In this document: piece after piece, positions 58,966-64,000 of the stretch | How positions within the stretch are numbered: position 1 is the stretch's first letter | Layout: each line of letters starts with the position of its first letter | Source: Verrucomicrobiia bacterium | GTDB taxonomy: Bacteria > Verrucomicrobiota > Verrucomicrobiia > Palsa-1439 | Length of the DNA: 64,000 bases | Assembly: GCA_052146795.1 (NCBI GenBank) | Contig: JBKQMH010000024.1 | Coordinates: 2,853 to 66,852, forward strand | Direction: 5' to 3' | Made by a program: the position numbers and the translations under genes | Notes under the pieces: model-generated | Told to the model about the DNA's origin: nothing | Databases searched by the model: none | What the model saw: the letters and a program-made list of their open reading frames with translations, nothing else

Positions 58966-61005
58966 ATGTCAGTTGACATCACGAAGATTCGCACGGTAGC
59001 CGTCGTCGGCCACGCCTCCAGCGGCAAGACCTCGTTGATCGACGCCGTGCTGTTCATCTCGAAAGCGGTGAACACCCACGGCCGGGTCGCCAACGGGACC
59101 AGCGCCGCGGATTGTTTGCCCGACGAGATCGAACGCAAGATCACCATTCACGCCAAGACGTTTCACTGCCAGTGGGAGGGCCATCGGGTCACACTGCTGG
59201 ACACGCCGGGGTTTTCCGATTTTTTTGGTGACACGCTGGCCGCCGTTCGCGCGGCGGACGCGGCGATCGTCGTCATCGACGGGGTGGGCGGCATCGAGGT
59301 CGGGGCGCGCCGCATTTGGAAGATGCTCGACGAAATGCAGAAACCGCGGCTGATATTCGTCAGCAAGCTCGACAAGGAGAACAGCGACTTCTTCCGGTGC
59401 GTCGAGCAAATTCGCGGCGTGTTTGGGAAGAACTGCATCCCGTTCGAACTGCCGCTCGGCAAGGAATCGGGCTTTTCGAAGGTGCTGAACCTGCGCACCA
59501 CGCCCGAAGCGGACGTGCCGGCGGAGCTTAAAGAACAGTTTCACAAGTCGCACGAGAGCCTGGAGGAAGCCGCCGCCGAGCAGGATGACAAACTGCTCGA
59601 AGAATTCCTCGGCGGCCAGGCGCTGACGGTTGACGAGATCACCAAGGGCACGCACGTTGGCGTCGCCCGCGGCACGACTGTGCCGATTTATTGCGGTTGC
59701 GCGGAAAAAGAGGTCGGGGTGCGCAATCTATTGGAAGGCGTCACCGCGCTGCTGCCGTCACCGGCCGATGTGGGCGCGGTCGCCACGGAAGACGGCGGGA
59801 GCGTCGAGCCGAAAGCGGACGCGCCGTTCAGCGGGTTTGTGTTCAAGGCGACGGTGGACCCGTACGCGGGACATCTGGCGTATGTGCGCGTGATTTCGGG
59901 CACGTTAAAATCCGATTTGGACGTGGTCAACGCCACGCGCGGCGGAAAGGAACGCATCCCGCAGTTGTTAAGTATGCAGGGCAAGACGCAATCCATCGTG
60001 GCGGAGGCCGGTCCGGGCGAAATTGTGGCGTTGGCCAAGCTCAAGGACACGCACATCAACAATACGCTGTGCGATCCCGCCAAGGTTGTGAAGTACCCGC
60101 CGATCCGGTTCCCGCGGTCGGTGATGAGTTACGCGGTGCATCCGCACACGGCGAAGGACGAGGAAAAAATCAGCGTCGCGCTGCATCGGCTGGTCGAGGA
60201 GGACCCGACGTTTCACATGGAACGGAATCCGAACACGAAGGAGCTGGTCATCTCAGGGATGGGCGACCAGCACTTGGCCGTGGTGGTGGACAATTTGAAG
60301 AAGCGGCTGGGCGTGAACGTCGATCTCAGCACGCCGAAGGTGGATTACAAGGAGACCATCACCGCCAAAGGCGACGGCCACTACAAACACAAGAAACAAT
60401 CCGGCGGCCACGGCCAATACGGCGAAGCCTATGTGAAGATCGAGCCGCAGCCGCGCGGCAAGGGCTTCGAGTTTGACAGCGAGGTGGTCGGCGGGTCGAT
60501 CCCGCGCAATTTCATTCCGGCGGTCGAGAAAGGCTGCATGGAAGGAATGCAGGGGGGAGTCGTGGCGGGCTTTCCGGTGGTCGATGTGCGGGCGATTGTG
60601 TATGACGGCTCGTATCACGACGTTGATTCCAACGAAATCAGTTTCAAGATTGCGGGGCTGCACGCATTCAAGGAAGCGATGCAGAAAGCGCGTCCCGCGC
60701 TGCTCGAGCCGATCATGAACGTTACCGTGTTCGTTCCCGACCAGTACATGGGCGACGTCACGGGTGATCTGAACCACCGCCGCGGGCGCATTCTCAGCGT
60801 CGAGCCGGCGGATGGCTTGCAAGCCATCAAAGGCCAGGTGCCACAGGCCGAGTTGTTCAAGTACGCCAGCGAACTGCGGTCGATGACCGGTGGCCGCGCG
60901 TCGTTCGAGATGGAATTCTCCCACTACGAACAAGTCCCCCAACACGTTGCTGTGAAGGTCGTCGCCGAAGCCCAGGCGGCCAAGAAAGCCCAAGCGGAAA
61001 GTTAG
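58966..61005 (+). CDS. Elongation factor G-like translational GTPase (divergent EF-G paralog).
   Basis: G-domain (GHASSGKTS, DTPG) plus domains II-V. The G1 motif deviates from the canonical AHIDAGKTT. Confidence 0.8.
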   Translation: MSVDITKIRTVAVVGHASSGKTSLIDAVLFISKAVNTHGRVANGTSAADCLPDEIERKITIHAKTFHCQWEGHRVTLLDTPGFSDFFGDTLAAVRAADAAIVVIDGVGGIEVGARRIWKMLDEMQKPRLIFVSKLDKENSDFFRCVEQIRGVFGKNCIPFELPLGKESGFSKVLNLRTTPEADVPAELKEQFHKSHESLEEAAAEQDDKLLEEFLGGQALTVDEITKGTHVGVARGTTVPIYCGCAEKEVGVRNLLEGVTALLPSPADVGAVATEDGGSVEPKADAPFSGFVFKATVDPYAGHLAYVRVISGTLKSDLDVVNATRGGKERIPQLLSMQGKTQSIVAEAGPGEIVALAKLKDTHINNTLCDPAKVVKYPPIRFPRSVMSYAVHPHTAKDEEKISVALHRLVEEDPTFHMERNPNTKELVISGMGDQHLAVVVDNLKKRLGVNVDLSTPKVDYKETITAKGDGHYKHKKQSGGHGQYGEAYVKIEPQPRGKGFEFDSEVVGGSIPRNFIPAVEKGCMEGMQGGVVAGFPVVDVRAIVYDGSYHDVDSNEISFKIAGLHAFKEAMQKARPALLEPIMNVTVFVPDQYMGDVTGDLNHRRGRILSVEPADGLQAIKGQVPQAELFKYASELRSMTGGRASFEMEFSHYEQVPQHVAVKVVAEAQAAKKAQAES

Positions 61006-61110
61006 TAAAGCGGTCGGGACGCGGGGCTGTCCGCGCGGGGCTGAACTGTTAGGCTGGTTTGGATCTGATTCTGGTTTCTACTACCGGAGGCGGCGACGCT
61101 ATCGCACTTG

Positions 61111-62523
61111 TCAGTTTCTCGCTTTGTACGTTGTGTATCCGCTCGGATAATTGGTTCGGGTAAAGAGAATGAAATCACGGAGGAAGTTTAGAATCACCGG
61201 ATTTGAGATATCGCTGTGGCCATTCATAATCCGCTTATCCACAGCGACATCCAGAAAGGGATTGCCGGTTTTGAAGGCATAACCATTGTTGGTGCGGGGT
61301 TGAAGAATACAGGCGTAATTGGTGCCACCGATTGAATCGGCGAACACATACGGGACCGTATTACTGGCGCTCGGCGCAGTATTGTTTGTCGCCAGCGCGT
61401 CTTGCAGTGGGCTCGGGGCCGGTGTCAGCGGTGACGCGGATGAACTGGGGCCATAATTGGTATAGTTGAGGTCGTAGGTGATGTAGTCTGAATCGTGTCC
61501 CAGCGTCTCCAGTATGGCACGTCTTTGGTCCGGGGTCTCGCCCTTAGAAACGTTAAACAGCCACACTTCGTTCGTCCCCTTACTCGGCCTGGTATCCTCC
61601 AGACAAGTGGAGAGCGCGCGTCCGACGGGAAACGCGGTTCCGGTGGCCTCATCAGTCTTGGAGGTGAAAATGGCCAGCACGGGCGCCTGGTTTGTCGGAT
61701 AGCTGATGTCAGGAGAAGTGGCGAGCGATATGAGGTTGTTGCAGAGCGAAGATTCAAATGCCGGATTTAACAGGACAACCAGATTGCCCAGCGACCGGAC
61801 GGGTTCCGTGTTCTTGTGTCTCGTGGCCAGAATGAGTCGTTCGGTCAGGACTTGCGAAACGGCCGAAAATACCAGCTGTCCCCCAAAACTGTGCCCGATG
61901 ATAATCAACTCGGTTGGCGGAAAGTTTGTCCGTGAGTTGAAATCATCCTGCATGATTTCCAATTCCGTGAATACCTGCGTGGCTGCTCCCTGGTGGCCGA
62001 TGCGCTCGGCGACATCTTTGCGGTTGTAGAAACTGAATAGATTACCGAGTGGCGGAAACCAATTCGACTTAAACGACAACCCCCGCCAGCCGACGAAAAC
62101 TCCGAAGATGTTGCGGGGAGAAATGTTCGAGCTCAGGCCGGACAACACGCCCCGAAACATCTGGACATTGGGGTCGTCATAGCGAGCATTGCTTTCCCAG
62201 CCATGGACAAACACGACAATCGTCAGTCCGTGGGTAGCGTTGTCGGCCTCATTGGAAATGGCGTCTTTCACGGCCTGCCACTGCTGGTGCGCCCAAAACC
62301 AACCCTGATCATCAAATTCCACATACCCAATCTTGCCGGTGGCGTTAGTTTCAATCACCGCCGCTGTGATGGGATCGATGGGGGGCAAATACGATGGTCG
62401 ATTGGTGTCGGATTCAGAAGTTATCGGTAAAAACCGGCGGTACGGATCGTTCGCTGTGCAACCAACGAGATGGAGCAGCAGAACGGCAAACAGGCATACA
62501 CAGGCGGTTCGTTTGATTTTCAT
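61111..62523 (-). CDS. Secreted alpha/beta-hydrolase lipase/esterase (lipoprotein).
   Basis: Lipobox LLLHLVGC. GHSFGG nucleophile elbow. Confidence 0.65.
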   Translation of the reverse strand: MKIKRTACVCLFAVLLLHLVGCTANDPYRRFLPITSESDTNRPSYLPPIDPITAAVIETNATGKIGYVEFDDQGWFWAHQQWQAVKDAISNEADNATHGLTIVVFVHGWESNARYDDPNVQMFRGVLSGLSSNISPRNIFGVFVGWRGLSFKSNWFPPLGNLFSFYNRKDVAERIGHQGAATQVFTELEIMQDDFNSRTNFPPTELIIIGHSFGGQLVFSAVSQVLTERLILATRHKNTEPVRSLGNLVVLLNPAFESSLCNNLISLATSPDISYPTNQAPVLAIFTSKTDEATGTAFPVGRALSTCLEDTRPSKGTNEVWLFNVSKGETPDQRRAILETLGHDSDYITYDLNYTNYGPSSSASPLTPAPSPLQDALATNNTAPSASNTVPYVFADSIGGTNYACILQPRTNNGYAFKTGNPFLDVAVDKRIMNGHSDISNPVILNFLRDFILFTRTNYPSGYTTYKARN

Positions 62524-63482
62524 ATGCGGTTCTCCGATTGTTCCCATATGACTTCGCGCCCGCGATCCCCCCTGCGACTTCGTTCCCTGATTACCTCTTC
62601 CCCCACAGCTTTACAAGAGCGTTTTCTGTCTCCACGCACCGGAAGGGGTCCACGCTTCCGGGCGCGTCGCTTAATCGATCTGACCCCGAGCCGAGCACGC
62701 CTCCTTGAGAGCTCCGGCGGTGGGGGCGCCGTTGGTCGGCATGCGGCGATCCATCCGCGCGCGACGCTCGACGATTTTATTTCGTTTTGGGTTTGACATG
62801 CGTATCGTGTTACGATACTGTTGCCGTGTTGTTCTTTGACAGAGGGGATGCGAGGAGGTAAACACTCCGGTGGGGCGTTAACCCCCCTCACCTTAATCCT
62901 CTCCCCCAAGGGGCGAGGAGACCGGCAGAAGGCTGGGGATGTGGCTATGCGACTTGTGATAGTCAGCGCGGCACCAAGGTGGGCATGGGAGTCCACCCCT
63001 ACGAAGGACAGGCCGAGGGGGTGGGGCCACGCAAAAAAATAAAAAATACAAACGAACCCAAATTTAGCTAGGCCGGCGTGGAAAATTGTTTCGGGGAAAG
63101 CCAAAAACGAACCCAAATCGAACCGAAGTGCACTTTGGGCCGATTGTAGGGCTAAGGATCAGGGCACAAAGATGTTAGGCAGATTGGATTCGGGAACGGC
63201 GGCTGGAGCCGTTTGGGGCTGTTTTGGGATGTTTTTGGGCACTTTGGTTTGAGGCTTGGTTCTACAAGCGGCGCGGACGCAGAGGAGCGCGTCCCTCCAC
63301 CTCGACGGTCATAGACCGCCGCTACAGCTTTTGGGGTTGGATTGACGGTGGTGAGATTGTCTGTTAAGCTTGCTGTTGATCGTTCTGGTCGTTGTAGCGC
63401 CCTCAACACGAATGAATCCGTGGCAACTTCCCGAGTAATTGAGACCCTGACAGTGAGACCCGCCGCAACGGTTGTGAAGTCA

Positions 63483-64000
63483 ATGGACCAAGCGGCAGCG
63501 TCCGAGCTGGCGACCGTCAAATCGCCGCGGGTGGCAACCCCGGCGGAACGGGTCGTCACCGACGGCAAATTCTTCCGCGTCGGCCCGCAGAAGTTTCACC
63601 CCAAGGGCGTGACGTACGGGCCGTTCAAGCCGGACGAGACGGGCGGCACGTTCCCGAAGCCCGAGCAGGTGGAGCGCGATTTCGAGTTGATGAAGCAGCT
63701 CCACGCGAACTGCCTGCGGGTCTATCACGTCCCGCCGCGCTGGTTCCTCGATCTGGCGCAGGAGCACGGGTTGAAGGTGTTGGTGGACTATTATTGGCCC
63801 AAGCACACGTGTTTCCTCGAAGACGCGGAGACGGTGCAGTTCGCGCGGCGCGCGACGCGGGAGGCGGCCAAGGCGGTAGCGGGTCACGCGGCGGTGTTTG
63901 CCCTGACGTTGGCCAACGAAATCCCGCCCGACATCTGCCGCTGGTACGGGGCGACGCGCATTGCGCACTTCATTGATGAACTCGCGGCGATTGTCAAGGA
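63483..64000 (+). CDS. TIM-barrel glycoside hydrolase-like protein, 3' partial.
   Basis: ATG ORF open to the window end and not present in the supplied track. Motifs KGVTYGP, LHANCLRVYH and LANEIPPD resemble a GH5/GH2-type barrel. Confidence 0.4.
   Translation, partial: MDQAAASELATVKSPRVATPAERVVTDGKFFRVGPQKFHPKGVTYGPFKPDETGGTFPKPEQVERDFELMKQLHANCLRVYHVPPRWFLDLAQEHGLKVLVDYYWPKHTCFLEDAETVQFARRATREAAKAVAGHAAVFALTLANEIPPDICRWYGATRIAHFIDELAAIVK

Noticed and set aside
62850-63050. tmRNA, SRP RNA or RNase P RNA identity for the GC-rich structured segment.
   Set aside because: None of the diagnostic conserved motifs (tmRNA tag reading frame and 3' CCA end, the SRP GGAAGCAGCCAAGG motif, the RNase P GGAAAGUCCGG motif) are present. 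It is kept only as a generic ncRNA candidate.
1-64000. CRISPR arrays, tRNA or rRNA genes, prophage or transposase/integrase genes.
   Set aside because: No regularly spaced direct repeats, no tRNA-like T-arm or acceptor patterns, and no recombinase-like ORFs were found. The only foreign-looking segment is the low-GC hydrolase gene, which has no mobility genes beside it.

Overview
This is a high-GC (about 60-65%) bacterial chromosomal window with densely packed genes. Many gene boundaries are 4-nt start/stop overlaps of the ATGA or GTGA type. GTG and TTG starts are frequent, and several promoters are sigma70-like (TTGACA, then 16-17 nt, then a TAnnnT -10 box). About 40 kb (roughly 5.6-45.3 kb) is one exopolysaccharide/glycoconjugate locus built around a PEP-CTERM/exosortase system. 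A PEP-CTERM cargo protein sits at the 5' edge (2-775). The core runs 12920-18051: an exosortase with the CSGIRS motif, a separate EpsI protein with the HRPELCLPGQGW motif, a priming sugar transferase and a Wzx-like flippase. Around this core are at least five GT4 and three GT2 glycosyltransferases. There are also two GT-C-type membrane transferases (one ArnT/PMT-like, one YfhO-like), an O-antigen-ligase-like (Wzy_C) membrane protein and a hexapeptide acetyltransferase. A lower-GC secreted GH5-like hydrolase with a PKD domain lies just upstream of the exosortase. Sugar-precursor enzymes include a GDP-mannose 3,5-epimerase homolog and two extended SDR epimerase/dehydratases. A tightly coupled operon (36336-44502) encodes a CapK/PaaK-like adenylating enzyme, a PHP phosphoesterase, a HisC-like aminotransferase, a fused Zn-ADH plus Gfo/Idh/MocA oxidoreductase, WecB and a WecG/TagA-family transferase. 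glnE-type or other global regulators are absent. nadE interrupts the locus. Upstream is a Gfo/Idh/MocA oxidoreductase plus two xylose-isomerase-like TIM-barrel genes, which could be an oxidative glycoside-cleavage module. Downstream are an outer-membrane beta-barrel gene driven by two tandem near-consensus promoters, several small housekeeping or accessory genes (Nudix, 2Fe-2S ferredoxin, MBL hydrolase, aldo/keto reductases, FHA, DJ-1, thiD, comEC, nagA, an EF-G-like GTPase, a lipase) and a roughly 930-bp ORF-free region that may hold a structured RNA. I found no tRNA or rRNA genes, no CRISPR array, and no transposase or integrase. The most plausible source is a member of the PVC superphylum (for example Verrucomicrobia) or Acidobacteria. 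That taxon assignment is inference only.
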